Counted from the first letter of the stretch, positions 15,728 through 24,000 are shown. The stretch: 24,000 bases of DNA from an uncultured Solirubrobacterales bacterium (GCA_963819075.1 CAWFUP010000006.1:302987-326986); one strand, 5' to 3'. Made by a program: numbers and translations. The notes: generated by a model not told the origin, from the letters alone.

Positions 15728-17053
15728 TCAGGACTTCGGCGGGCGGATGCGCGTCGCAGCGCCGGCGCCGAGGCTCGGCAGGCCGTCGGCGTCGGTCTCG
15801 ATCGCGGCGACCGTCAACTCGGCGAACATCGCGGCGCGCTCGGCGTCCGCGGGACCGTAGCGCCCGCCGTCGCGCCGATCGAGCAGCGACAGCGTCCCGA
15901 TTGCCCGTCCGTCCTGGAGCAGGGGCACGACGAGCATCGTGTAGGGCACGTAGCCGGTTCCGGCGGCGATCCGCGCGGCGAAGCGCGGGTCGTTGCGGCA
16001 GTCCCCGACGGCAAGGGGCTGCCCACTCTGCAGCACGACGCCGGCCAGGCCCTGTCCAGGCGGCAGGCGCACCCCGACGATCTCATCCGACCCGGCGCCC
16101 CAGGCCGACTGATACACCAGCTCGCCGGTCGTGGCGTCGGTGAGGGCGATCGACGCCGCGGCCGCCTCGAACACGCCCGCGGCGGTGCGCACGATCGCCT
16201 CCAGCAGCTTGCGGCGCGCCGCCGGGCGCTCGAGCGAGCTGACCAGCGAGCGGCCCTCGATGTGCAGGCCGCCGCCCCCGATCGCGCGTGCGAATGCGTC
16301 CACCGACGCGACGCGGCGCTCGGGGATCATCTGCAGGCCGGCGTCGACGGCCTCCTGGATCTCCGGTGGCACGTCCTCGCGCAGCTGCGTGAGCTTCGTC
16401 GGGCTCGCGTACACGGGCGGCTCGCCGGTGAGCAGCGTCCACAGGGTGGCCGCGATGCTGAACACGTCGCTGCGCGGCGAGACCGCGCCTCCGGCGAAGA
16501 CCTCCGGTGACATGTAGCGCGGCGTGCCTACCCCGGTCGTCGCGCTGATCGTGTCATCGCCGAGCATCCGCGCGATGCCGAAGTCGACGAGCACGACCCC
16601 GTGGTTGCCGAGAATGAGGTTCTGGGGCTTGACGTCGCGATGAACGATCTGCTGCTCGTGCACGTACTGCAGGGCCTCGCAGCCCTGGCGGACGTACCCG
16701 ACGGCCTCGTCGATCGGGAGACCGGGCGATCCGCGCTCCTTGAGCAGGACGTCGAGGTCGATCCCCTCGACGAGCTCCATCACTAGGTACTGGCCGCTGT
16801 CGTCGCTGAAGTAGTCGAGCACCTTCACGACGCGTGGATGGCTGAGCACCGCGAGCAGCCGCGACTCGATCTCGAAGCGCTCGGCGTGGCGCGCGTCGAG
16901 CAGGTGCTTGACGGCGACGCGACCGGGTTCGCGGACGTCGTCAGCGCGGTAGACTGCGCCCATCGCCCCGCTCGAGATCGGCGAGCTGATCTTGTATCGA
17001 TCGCCGAGCACCAGGCCGGGTGACAGCTGAAAGCGTGTCTGATCCACGGCCAT
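15728..17053 (-). CDS. Ser/Thr protein kinase with C-terminal GAF-like domain
   Basis: MAVDQTRFQLSPGLVLGDRYKISSPISSGAMGAVYRADD..., IVHRDVKPQNLIL, VLVDFGIARML and GTPRYMSPE. GAF-like region LLEAIVRTAAGVFEAAAASIALTDATTGELVYQSAWG...GVRLPPGQGLAGVVLQSGQPLAVGDCRNDPRF. Start set at ATG 17053, not the track's 17392. Confidence 0.93.
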   Translation of the reverse strand: MAVDQTRFQLSPGLVLGDRYKISSPISSGAMGAVYRADDVREPGRVAVKHLLDARHAERFEIESRLLAVLSHPRVVKVLDYFSDDSGQYLVMELVEGIDLDVLLKERGSPGLPIDEAVGYVRQGCEALQYVHEQQIVHRDVKPQNLILGNHGVVLVDFGIARMLGDDTISATTGVGTPRYMSPEVFAGGAVSPRSDVFSIAATLWTLLTGEPPVYASPTKLTQLREDVPPEIQEAVDAGLQMIPERRVASVDAFARAIGGGGLHIEGRSLVSSLERPAARRKLLEAIVRTAAGVFEAAAASIALTDATTGELVYQSAWGAGSDEIVGVRLPPGQGLAGVVLQSGQPLAVGDCRNDPRFAARIAAGTGYVPYTMLVVPLLQDGRAIGTLSLLDRRDGGRYGPADAERAAMFAELTVAAIETDADGLPSLGAGAATRIRPPKS

Positions 17054-17168
17054 GGCTGGGAGGGTAGCGCTCGCTCCGGTCCGGCACCAGTCGCGCAGCT
17101 GAATCGGCGGCGCCGGGCGGACGACGGCGCCCGCCCGCTCGATTAGGCTTGGCGACGGGGAATCTCGC

Positions 17169-19175
17169 ATGAGCGCTCGACGACCACGCGGTGTGCAGGC
17201 GAGCCGCAGCGCGCGCACGCGACGCGGACTGCTCGTCGCGATCGCGCTGCTGAGCGTCGCGGTCGGCATCGTCACGTACGCGACCGGGGTCCTGCACGCG
17301 CTCGATCTCGACACGATGAACGTGCGCTTCGCGGTCCGCGGGACGCAGAAGCCGCCGGCGGACATGGTCGTCGTGCGGATCGACGATCTCACGTTCAGCG
17401 ACCTGAACGCGAGCTGGCCGTTCTGTTACAGCCGCCACGCGCAGCTGATCAACGACATCGCGGCCGAGCATCCGAAGGCGATCGCCTACGACATCCAGCT
17501 GAGCGACCCGCCACATCCCGGATGCGGAGGCGAGAACGACGCCGTCGCGCTCGCCAACGCGGTGAACAATGCGAATGGCACCGTCGTGCTCGGCTGGACG
17601 GAGGATGACATCCACGGCGAGGTCAAGTTCGTTGGTGCGTCCAAGGGCCGCGAGATCCTCGCCCAGATCGGTGGTCATGCCGCGTCGACGCTCGTGCCGC
17701 CCGACCCGGGCTACGTCGACCGCCGCGTCGCCTACCAAGTCGACAACCTGCTCACGCTCGGCGTGGTCACGACCGAGGTCGCCGATCATCGTCGCGTCAG
17801 TCCGAGCGCGTTCGGCGGCGTCGACGGGACCGGGTGGATCGACTACGCCGGGGGCAATAACACGTTTCCATCGGTCGATTTCGCCGACGTGATCCAGCAC
17901 CGGCTACCGGCGGGCTTCTTCCGCAACAAGGTGGTCATCGTGGGCGCGACCGCGCCGTCGCTTCAGGATCTCCACGCGACGCCGACCGCGGCCCTGATGG
18001 CCGGTCCCGAGATCCAAGCCAACGCGATCGCCACGGTGCGCCGCGACCTACCACTGCGCTCGGTGCCCGGCTGGCTGGATGTGCTCCTGATCGTGGTGCT
18101 CGGCGCCGCCGCCCCACTCGCCGGCCTTCGCCTGACCGGATCCGGCTCTGGGATCGGCTCGGCGCTGTCGGGAGTGGCGTCCTCGATTGGGCTGGCGCTC
18201 GGCCTCGGCCTCGCCTTCCTCGTCGCGGCCCAGCTCGCGTTCGACGCCGGCCATGTCCTCTCGATCGTCTACGCGCTGCTGGCACTCGTGCTGAGCGCCG
18301 TCGCGGCGCTCGCCGTGCATCTCGTCCTCGGCGCCATGGAGCGCGAGCGGGTCCGCGATCTGTTCGCGCGCTTCGTGCCCGAGGACGTGGTCGACGAGGT
18401 GCTGGCGCGAGCCGACGGACTGCGCCTCGGCGGCGTGCAGCGCGATGCGACCGTGATGTTCACCGACCTCCGCGGGTTCACGTCGTTCGCCGAGTCGCTG
18501 ACCCCGGATCGCGTGATCGAGGTGCTCAACCGCTACCTGAGCGAGATGAGCGAGGCGATCCTCGACCATCGCGGGACGCTCGTCTCCTACATGGGCGACG
18601 GGATCATGGCCGTGTTCGGGGCCCCGATCGAGGAGGCGCGGCACGCCGACCACGCGCTGGCCTGCGCGCGCGAGATGCTGTCCGTGCGGCTGCCGCGCTT
18701 CAACGGCTGGCTGCACGACGAGGGGCTCAGCGAGGGCTTCCGGATGGGGATCGGCCTGAACTCCGGCCATGTCATGTCCGGGAACGTCGGCTCCGAACAG
18801 CGCGTCGAATACGCCGCCGTCGGCGACACGACGAACTCGGCCTCGCGGCTTGAGTCGCTCACGAAGGGCACGCCGCATCAGCTGTTCTTCTCCGAGACGA
18901 CGAAGCACGACCTGAGCGAGGCGCCGCCGGACGTGCTGTTCGTGCAGGAGGTGCAGCTGCGAGGACGTGTCGGCACGATCGGCGTGTGGACGATCGACGA
19001 GAGCCCCGGGCAGGACCGCGACGTCGCGACCGACGACGAGCATGCTGGACAAGGCGCCGCGTCAGCGACCGGACGGGACGATGCCGCCTCGCCCGCGCCG
19101 GGCGCGTTGGCGCCCGACCCGACGCCGACGGCCGTGTCCGCGCCGGAGGCCGACGATCAGCCTGAGGTCGAGTAG
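17169..19175 (+). CDS. CHASE2-domain class III adenylate/guanylate cyclase
   Basis: N-terminal TM and extracellular CHASE2 pattern (LDTMNVRFAVRGTQKPPADMVVVRIDDLTFSDLNASWPFCYSRHAQLINDIAAEHPKAIAYDIQLSDP), three TM-like segments, and a cyclase domain ATVMFTDLRGFTSFAESL...SYMGDGIMAVFGAP...EYAAVGDTTNSASRLE. Confidence 0.95.
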   Translation: MSARRPRGVQASRSARTRRGLLVAIALLSVAVGIVTYATGVLHALDLDTMNVRFAVRGTQKPPADMVVVRIDDLTFSDLNASWPFCYSRHAQLINDIAAEHPKAIAYDIQLSDPPHPGCGGENDAVALANAVNNANGTVVLGWTEDDIHGEVKFVGASKGREILAQIGGHAASTLVPPDPGYVDRRVAYQVDNLLTLGVVTTEVADHRRVSPSAFGGVDGTGWIDYAGGNNTFPSVDFADVIQHRLPAGFFRNKVVIVGATAPSLQDLHATPTAALMAGPEIQANAIATVRRDLPLRSVPGWLDVLLIVVLGAAAPLAGLRLTGSGSGIGSALSGVASSIGLALGLGLAFLVAAQLAFDAGHVLSIVYALLALVLSAVAALAVHLVLGAMERERVRDLFARFVPEDVVDEVLARADGLRLGGVQRDATVMFTDLRGFTSFAESLTPDRVIEVLNRYLSEMSEAILDHRGTLVSYMGDGIMAVFGAPIEEARHADHALACAREMLSVRLPRFNGWLHDEGLSEGFRMGIGLNSGHVMSGNVGSEQRVEYAAVGDTTNSASRLESLTKGTPHQLFFSETTKHDLSEAPPDVLFVQEVQLRGRVGTIGVWTIDESPGQDRDVATDDEHAGQGAASATGRDDAASPAPGALAPDPTPTAVSAPEADDQPEVE

Positions 19176-21142
19176 CCGGCTGCGTGCAGTTGGCCGAGCG
19201 CGCCCGTCAGCAGCGCGCTGTCGCGCGTGATCGCGGCCGCGGCGAGGCGGTACCCGGGCGCATCGCTGCGCGCGGCCGCGTGCGAGGCGTGCGTGTAGTC
19301 GCTCGATAGGCTCGAGAGCGCCGAGGACAGGCGCGCGTTGACGCCGGTGACGGCGGGGGACAGGCGCAGGCCCGACAGCGACTGAGCGGCGGCGGAGTAG
19401 GCGCCGGAGAGCTTGGCGCTCGCGGTCGCCTGGCCACCGGGCGTTTTGGCCGCCGCGAGCGCCGCCTGAGCCGAGGAGCGAGCGCTCGATAGCGTCGTGA
19501 GCGTGCGCGTGAGCGTCGCCGCGTACGCGGCGCTCGCGCCGAGCGGGTAGGCCGTCGCGCCGACGAGGTGCAGCGTCCCGGCGATGCGCTCGCAGGTGAC
19601 CGTCTCGGCGGCGGCCGGTGGACCGCTGCAGCCGATCGTCACCACGCCGGCGGTGGTCGGGATCGCGTACAACACGAGCGGCTCGCTGGTCCCGCGGACG
19701 CTGAGGCCGGAGTAGCGCAGCGCGTCGACGCCCCCGAGGCTCACCGCGGTGGCGGACGGCGCTCCGCCGCTCAGCTCGGCGACGAAGCTGGCCGGCAGCA
19801 ACGTCGGGGTGTTGGCGCTCGACGTGCCGCTGACGAGCGTCGTGGTGGGCGCGGGCGTTGTGGGCACGAGCACGATCTCGTCGCTCAGCGCCAGACCGGG
19901 GATCGAAGACGAGGCGGCGCGCTGCCACCCGGAGGGGAAGGACAGCTCGATGACGCCGGCCGAGGCCGAGTTGGTGTAGGGCGCCGCGGTCGCGCCCTTC
20001 GAGCCGCCTCCGAGCAGCGCGCCGACGATCGCGGCGGCAACGACGACGAGGGCTCCGACGAGCACCCACGTGCCACCGCCGCGGCGCGCCCCGCTCGGCG
20101 CGGCGGCGCGTGGCGCGCCGGGTGCCGTGGCCACGGCGGCTGCGGCCGGCGAGGGGGCCGTGGCCGGCGCGCCGGGAGCGGGGAGCGCGCCGGCGCCCGC
20201 CGGTGTGCCGCCGCCGATGTCCGCCGCGGTGGCGATGCGTGTCGCCCCGGCCTGGGGCGCCGCAGCGAGCCGCGTGGCGCCGGCGTCGTCGTCGCTGGTC
20301 GCCGTGGCCGGCAGTGCTCCGAGCGCGCGGCGCGCCTCGACCATCAGCTCGCGAGCGCTCGCCGGGCGGTCGGCCGGGTCCTTGGCCATTCCGCGTGCGA
20401 CGACCTCGTCGATCGCCGCCGGCAGATCGCTGCGCATCTCGGAGAGCTTCGGGGGCGGATCGGTCAGGTGCGCGAACAGGGTGCGCTCCTCGCTGGCCCG
20501 CACGAACGGAGGCTGCCCGGTGAGGCATTCGCACAGCACGCAGGTGAGTGAGTACACGTCGCTGCTGGCGGTCGCGATCTCGCCGCGCGCCTGCTCGGGC
20601 GCGATGTAGTCGATCGTGCCGACGAAGTGCCCCGCCTCGGTCACGACGGTGCCGCCGCGGGCCTTCGTGAGGCCGAAGTCCGTCAGGTAGGCGTGGTCGC
20701 CGGCCCCGACGAGGATGTTCTGCGGCTTGACGTCGCGGTGCACGAGGCCCTTGGCGTGCGCGGCATCGAGGGCGTCGCCCATCTGCGTGAGCAGGCGCAT
20801 GCTGCGGCGATCGCCGAGCTGCCCGCTCGTGATGAGCTCCTTCAGCGTTGTGCCCTCGATCAGGCGCATGGCCAGGAACAGCAGCGAGTCGGCCTCGCCG
20901 GCCTCGTAGACCGTGACGATGTGCGGGTGGTCCAGCGCCGCCTGCAGCTGGCCCTCGCGGCGGAAGCGGTCGCGGAAGGAGATGTCGTCGCTCAGTGCCG
21001 CCGCCACCACCTTGAACGCGACCACCCGATCCAGTGACAGCTGCGTGGCGCGGTAGACGGTGCCCATCCCGCCCTCGCCGAGCGTTCCGTCGATCCGGTA
21101 GCCGGCGATGATGGTGCCGTTCTGCAGTGCTGCGAATGCCAT
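19157..21142 (-). CDS. PASTA-less Ser/Thr protein kinase with TM segment and extracellular C-terminal region
   Basis: MAFAALQNGTIIAGYRIDGTLGEGGMGTVYRATQ..., LVHRDVKPQNILV, YLTDFGLTKARGG and GTIDYIAPEQARG. TM helix WVLVGALVVVAAAIVGALLGG, then SYTNSASAGVIELSFPSGWQR-type extracellular region. Confidence 0.93.
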   Translation of the reverse strand: MAFAALQNGTIIAGYRIDGTLGEGGMGTVYRATQLSLDRVVAFKVVAAALSDDISFRDRFRREGQLQAALDHPHIVTVYEAGEADSLLFLAMRLIEGTTLKELITSGQLGDRRSMRLLTQMGDALDAAHAKGLVHRDVKPQNILVGAGDHAYLTDFGLTKARGGTVVTEAGHFVGTIDYIAPEQARGEIATASSDVYSLTCVLCECLTGQPPFVRASEERTLFAHLTDPPPKLSEMRSDLPAAIDEVVARGMAKDPADRPASARELMVEARRALGALPATATSDDDAGATRLAAAPQAGATRIATAADIGGGTPAGAGALPAPGAPATAPSPAAAAVATAPGAPRAAAPSGARRGGGTWVLVGALVVVAAAIVGALLGGGSKGATAAPYTNSASAGVIELSFPSGWQRAASSSIPGLALSDEIVLVPTTPAPTTTLVSGTSSANTPTLLPASFVAELSGGAPSATAVSLGGVDALRYSGLSVRGTSEPLVLYAIPTTAGVVTIGCSGPPAAAETVTCERIAGTLHLVGATAYPLGASAAYAATLTRTLTTLSSARSSAQAALAAAKTPGGQATASAKLSGAYSAAAQSLSGLRLSPAVTGVNARLSSALSSLSSDYTHASHAAARSDAPGYRLAAAAITRDSALLTGALGQLHAAGYSTSG

Positions 21143-21187
21143 CGAGAGAGCCGAGCTCGATTCCGGGCGGTCGACCGTGCGGTCGGC

Positions 21188-21586
21188 CTAGCCGACGATG
21201 ACCGTGCCGCCTCCGCCGCCTCCGCCACCGCTGCCGCCTCCGCCGCCGCCTCCTCCACCACCACTCGGCGCCGAGGGGGCAGCAGGTGCCGGCGCTGAGG
21301 GCGCCGGGGCGGCGGGTGCCGAGGGGGCGGGTGCCGGCGCGGAGGGGGCCGGGGCCGAGCTGACGGGCGGGGCCACATGCACGACCGGCTTGGGGCGCAG
21401 GGCCGGCAGCGCCCCCGGCGCGGTCACGGTCGGCGTGCTCACGTGCGTGGCCGGCACGGCCACGGTGGCCGGCAGCGGCGGCACGGTGCTGGCGCTCGAG
21501 CTGCCGGAGTGACGCACGGCGAAGGCGGCTGCGAACGCGATGACGGCCACGACGAGAACGACGGCGACTCGGACCGGCGTGGTCAC
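21188..21586 (-). CDS. Membrane-anchored Pro/Ala-rich protein with poly-Gly C-terminal tail
   Basis: From GTG 21586: VTTPVRVAVVLVVAVIAFAAAFAVRHSG (TM) followed by PAPSAPAPAPSAPAAPAPSAPAPAAPSAPSGGGGGGGGGGSGGGGGGGGTVIVG*. The start overlaps the upstream stop (GTGA); GTG 21595 is an alternative. Confidence 0.62.
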   Translation of the reverse strand: MTTPVRVAVVLVVAVIAFAAAFAVRHSGSSSASTVPPLPATVAVPATHVSTPTVTAPGALPALRPKPVVHVAPPVSSAPAPSAPAPAPSAPAAPAPSAPAPAAPSAPSGGGGGGGGGGSGGGGGGGGTVIVG

Positions 21587-22521
21587 GACGGACACGCCTC
21601 CGGCTTCTTCGTGCCCGGCGCGAGGCAGCGCTGCGTCTTGGCGAAGTTGCCCCGCTCGATGCGATAGGCGATGTACGCCCCGACGCTGTTCTTCTCGGTG
21701 ACGAAGATCTTCAGCACGGCGCCGGCCGGCAGCACCGACCCGCTGAGCCCGCCGAAGTGGACGGTGCCGCCGCCCCTGCTCTGGGTTGGGCAGCCGCGTG
21801 TGCATTGCACGCTGACGTGCGCCTTCTTGGGAGCGTTGACGGTCAGCCCGACGAGCCGCACGCCGCCCGACAGCGGCTGAGCGGCGAGCGTCGCCTGCGC
21901 CTGCAGCACCGGCGTCGAGACCAGGTAGTTGAACTTCATCTCGATCTGGCCGGCTGCCGTGCCGACCCCGCCGATCTGGATCGTGTAGGCCTTGCCCGCC
22001 GTTACGTTGACGAACAGGTCCTGCTCGTTGGTCGTGCTGCTGACGACGCACTTGCGCGCGGAGTTGTTCGGCAGCAGCGTCGTCGGGCTGTACGGCATCA
22101 CGGCGATGATGTTGTCGAACGCGGCCGAGGTGACGACCTGCACGAGCCCGTTGGCGTCCGGGTAGAAGTCGTACCAGATCGTGTGCCCTTCGCTGTCCCC
22201 CTCGCAGCCGGTCAGCTCGGCGGGGCCCGGCTTGGGCGCCAGGATGTCCGACTGGACCGTGGCCGAGGTGATGTCGCGCACGTCGGTGAGCGTATCGACG
22301 CGGTCGAGCGCCGAGTTCGGCCGGTTCAGGTTGAGCGAGTTGAGGTAGTTGTCGTTGCAGGGGTTGGTGCCGGCACAGCTCGGAGCCTGCGCGACGGCGA
22401 TCGAGGTCGCGGCGGCGAGCGCGAGCGTCAGCGCCAGCACGGCCGCCACGCGGGCGGGCCGACGGCGGCCGGCGCGTCGCGCCGGCCGGTTCCCGTGGAG
22501 CTGAGCGTCCCCCTTCACCAC
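21583..22521 (-). CDS. Secreted protein with PPC-like beta-sandwich domain and Thermoleophilia-type C-terminal region
   Basis: Signal-peptide-like RVAAVLALTLALAAATSIAVAQAPSC, then EGHTIWYDFYPDANGLVQVVTSAAFDNIIAVMPYS resembling bacterial pre-peptidase C-terminal domains, and C-terminal AYIAYRIERGNFAKTQRCLAPGTKKPEACPS. GTG start at 22521 or 22518; exact start uncertain. Confidence 0.65.
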   Translation of the reverse strand: MVKGDAQLHGNRPARRAGRRRPARVAAVLALTLALAAATSIAVAQAPSCAGTNPCNDNYLNSLNLNRPNSALDRVDTLTDVRDITSATVQSDILAPKPGPAELTGCEGDSEGHTIWYDFYPDANGLVQVVTSAAFDNIIAVMPYSPTTLLPNNSARKCVVSSTTNEQDLFVNVTAGKAYTIQIGGVGTAAGQIEMKFNYLVSTPVLQAQATLAAQPLSGGVRLVGLTVNAPKKAHVSVQCTRGCPTQSRGGGTVHFGGLSGSVLPAGAVLKIFVTEKNSVGAYIAYRIERGNFAKTQRCLAPGTKKPEACPS

Positions 22522-22540
22522 GTGGGATCGTACTCGAAGC

Positions 22541-24000
22541 TCATGCGTCCGACGCTCCGGCGCCGGGAGCGGACCCAAGGCCGGCGCGCGACCATCCGTA
22601 GCGAGTCATCTCGGTGACCGGCTCGAGCTCGCCGCCGCGCTCGCCGCGGCGGACGAACACGATCGGCGCCGGAGCGGACCGCGCGATCGCGCGGCGGGTC
22701 TCGCCGAGACCCTCCTTCTCCCAGCGATCGGACAGGCCGATGAACAGCAGGTTGGCCTGCGAGGCGGCGGCGATGACGCCGTCGCGACCGGGCGGGGCGA
22801 GCACCGGCTCGACGGCCACGCCGGCGTACTGCTGGGCCAGCGTGGCGGCGTTGGCGATCAGGCGGCTGGCGTCGCGGTCCTCGTCGCCGCGCGCGGCGGC
22901 GCCGAGCAGCTGCACGCGAGCCTTTGTCGCGGCGGCGATGGCCGAGGCCAGCTCGAGCGCCGCCCAGTCGTGGTCGGCGCCGCCGAAGGGGACCATGATC
23001 ACCTCGCCCTCCTCGGTGGCCACGCGCACGCCTTCGCGTGCGACGAGCACGCCGACGTCGCATGGCGCCTCGCGCAGCACCGCGCCGACGCCCTCACGCG
23101 GGACGCCGTCGCCGAGCAGTGGCCGCCGGCCGTCGATGAGCACCAACCCGATCTCCTCGCTCTCGGCCAGGCGGGCGAGGTCCTTGCTCGTGTCGGCCGA
23201 GGTGAAGGCGATCCCCCGCGTGGGGATGCCGCTGTCGAGGAGGCCCACCCGCGCGCGCTCGACCTGCTCCCGGGCCTGTTGCAGCGCTCGCTGCTCACTC
23301 TGCAATCCGCCGCGGATCGCGGTGCCGCGCGGCGGGCGCACGAGCCGCGCGATGATGAGCTCGCGCGGCGGATCGGTCTTCGCGAGCGGCACGGCCAACG
23401 CGAGCAGCTGGTTGAGCGCGGCCGCGCTCTGCGGGGCGACCAGGATCGAGCCGCCGGTCGGCAGCGGCGGCGCCTCCTCGGCGCGCTCGAGGGCGCTCGC
23501 GGCGAGCTCCTCCTCGGGTGGCGCCCCGAAAGAGTTGTGGGGGTCGATGAGGCGCAGGACCGGCCCGGCCATGAACGTCGTCACGAGCGCCATGACCACG
23601 AGCGCGGCGAACAGCGCCGTCGAGATGACGCCCATCGAGAGGGCGAGATTGAGCACGATCAGCTCGGTCAGGCCGCGCGTGTTCATGAGCGCCCCGAGGG
23701 CCGCCGACTCACGCCACGGCAGCCGCATCACGCGCGCCGCGATCATCGCGCCGCCGAACTTGCCAACGATCGCGATCGCGATCAGCCCAAGCATGATCAG
23801 GATGAGGGTGCCGCTGCCGAGCTGGGTGACGTCCGTGCGCAGGCCCGTGTAGGCGAAGAACAGCGGCAGCAGCAGCACGAGCACGAAGTCCTCGACGCGG
23901 CGGGTGATGTCCTCCGAGAGGCCGGCGTGCCGGGGCATCACGGCGCCCATCACGAACCCGCCGAAGATGACGGCGATGCCGATCTCGTCGGTGGTGATGG
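22541..24000 (-). CDS. Kef-type cation:proton antiporter with C-terminal universal-stress-protein-like domains, N-terminus beyond the window
   Basis: Minus frame is open through the window edge: ITTDEIGIAVIFGGFVMGAVMPRHAGLSEDITRRVEDFVLVLLLPLFFAYTGLRTDV...MNTRGLTELIVLN, then GLLDSGIPTRGIAFTSADTSKDLARLAESEEIGLVLIDGRR and DGVIAAASQANLLFIGLSDRW, USP-like. Confidence 0.92.
   Translation of the reverse strand, partial: ITTDEIGIAVIFGGFVMGAVMPRHAGLSEDITRRVEDFVLVLLLPLFFAYTGLRTDVTQLGSGTLILIMLGLIAIAIVGKFGGAMIAARVMRLPWRESAALGALMNTRGLTELIVLNLALSMGVISTALFAALVVMALVTTFMAGPVLRLIDPHNSFGAPPEEELAASALERAEEAPPLPTGGSILVAPQSAAALNQLLALAVPLAKTDPPRELIIARLVRPPRGTAIRGGLQSEQRALQQAREQVERARVGLLDSGIPTRGIAFTSADTSKDLARLAESEEIGLVLIDGRRPLLGDGVPREGVGAVLREAPCDVGVLVAREGVRVATEEGEVIMVPFGGADHDWAALELASAIAAATKARVQLLGAAARGDEDRDASRLIANAATLAQQYAGVAVEPVLAPPGRDGVIAAASQANLLFIGLSDRWEKEGLGETRRAIARSAPAPIVFVRRGERGGELEPVTEMTRYGWSRAGLGSAPGAGASDA

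Noticed and set aside
21190-21330. Poly-Gly/Pro-encoding simple repeats considered as a CRISPR-like or tandem-repeat array
   Set aside because: No constant-length repeats with unique spacers. The pattern is explained by low-complexity codons (GGN, CCN/GCN) in a coding frame.
1-24000. tRNA/rRNA genes, IS elements, integrases, phage genes
   Set aside because: I noticed no tRNA cloverleaf-like sequences with conserved TTCGA arms, no rRNA cores, no transposase motifs and no terminal inverted repeats. A scan by eye cannot exclude tRNAs with certainty; tRNAscan-SE would be decisive.

Overview
This is a 24 kb, very GC-rich bacterial chromosomal window. Protein signatures, such as the surface-protein C-terminus ending 'YRIERGNFAKTQRCLAPG', suggest an actinobacterium, possibly Thermoleophilia/Solirubrobacterales. 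That placement is an inference from sequence style, not a database result. In order the window encodes: an acyl-CoA synthetase (partial) and PaaI-type thioesterase, divergent from an acyl-CoA dehydrogenase and an SCP2-like protein; a 29-aa putative membrane peptide; an Fpg/Nei-type DNA glycosylase with an apparent frameshift; an ArsR-SRPBCC fusion regulator; a tightly coupled operon of ADP-forming acyl-CoA (succinate/malate) ligase beta and alpha subunits and a FixX-like ferredoxin, next to an Mcl-type malyl-CoA lyase and a divergent MaoC/mesaconyl-CoA hydratase-like gene; GTP-dependent PEP carboxykinase (two apparent +1 indels); an unknown CxxC protein; mobA; a DipZ-like CcdA-thioredoxin fusion; moaA; a Ser/Thr kinase with GAF domain; a CHASE2-class III nucleotide cyclase; a second Ser/Thr kinase; a proline/alanine-rich poly-Gly membrane-anchored protein; a secreted PPC-like protein; and a partial Kef-type antiporter with C-terminal USP-like domains. 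I see no CRISPR array, prophage, tRNA, rRNA or IS element, and no clearly new defence or mobile system. The best leads are a recurrent TANNNT hexamer 6-7 nt upstream of start codons (putative leaderless promoters), an operator nested in the arsR-like promoter spacer, the C4/C5-dicarboxyl-CoA gene module with an embedded ferredoxin, a stop/start-overlap cascade through a 9-codon mini-ORF, a cyclase lacking the usual substrate-specifying Lys, and three localized indels in two otherwise conserved genes.
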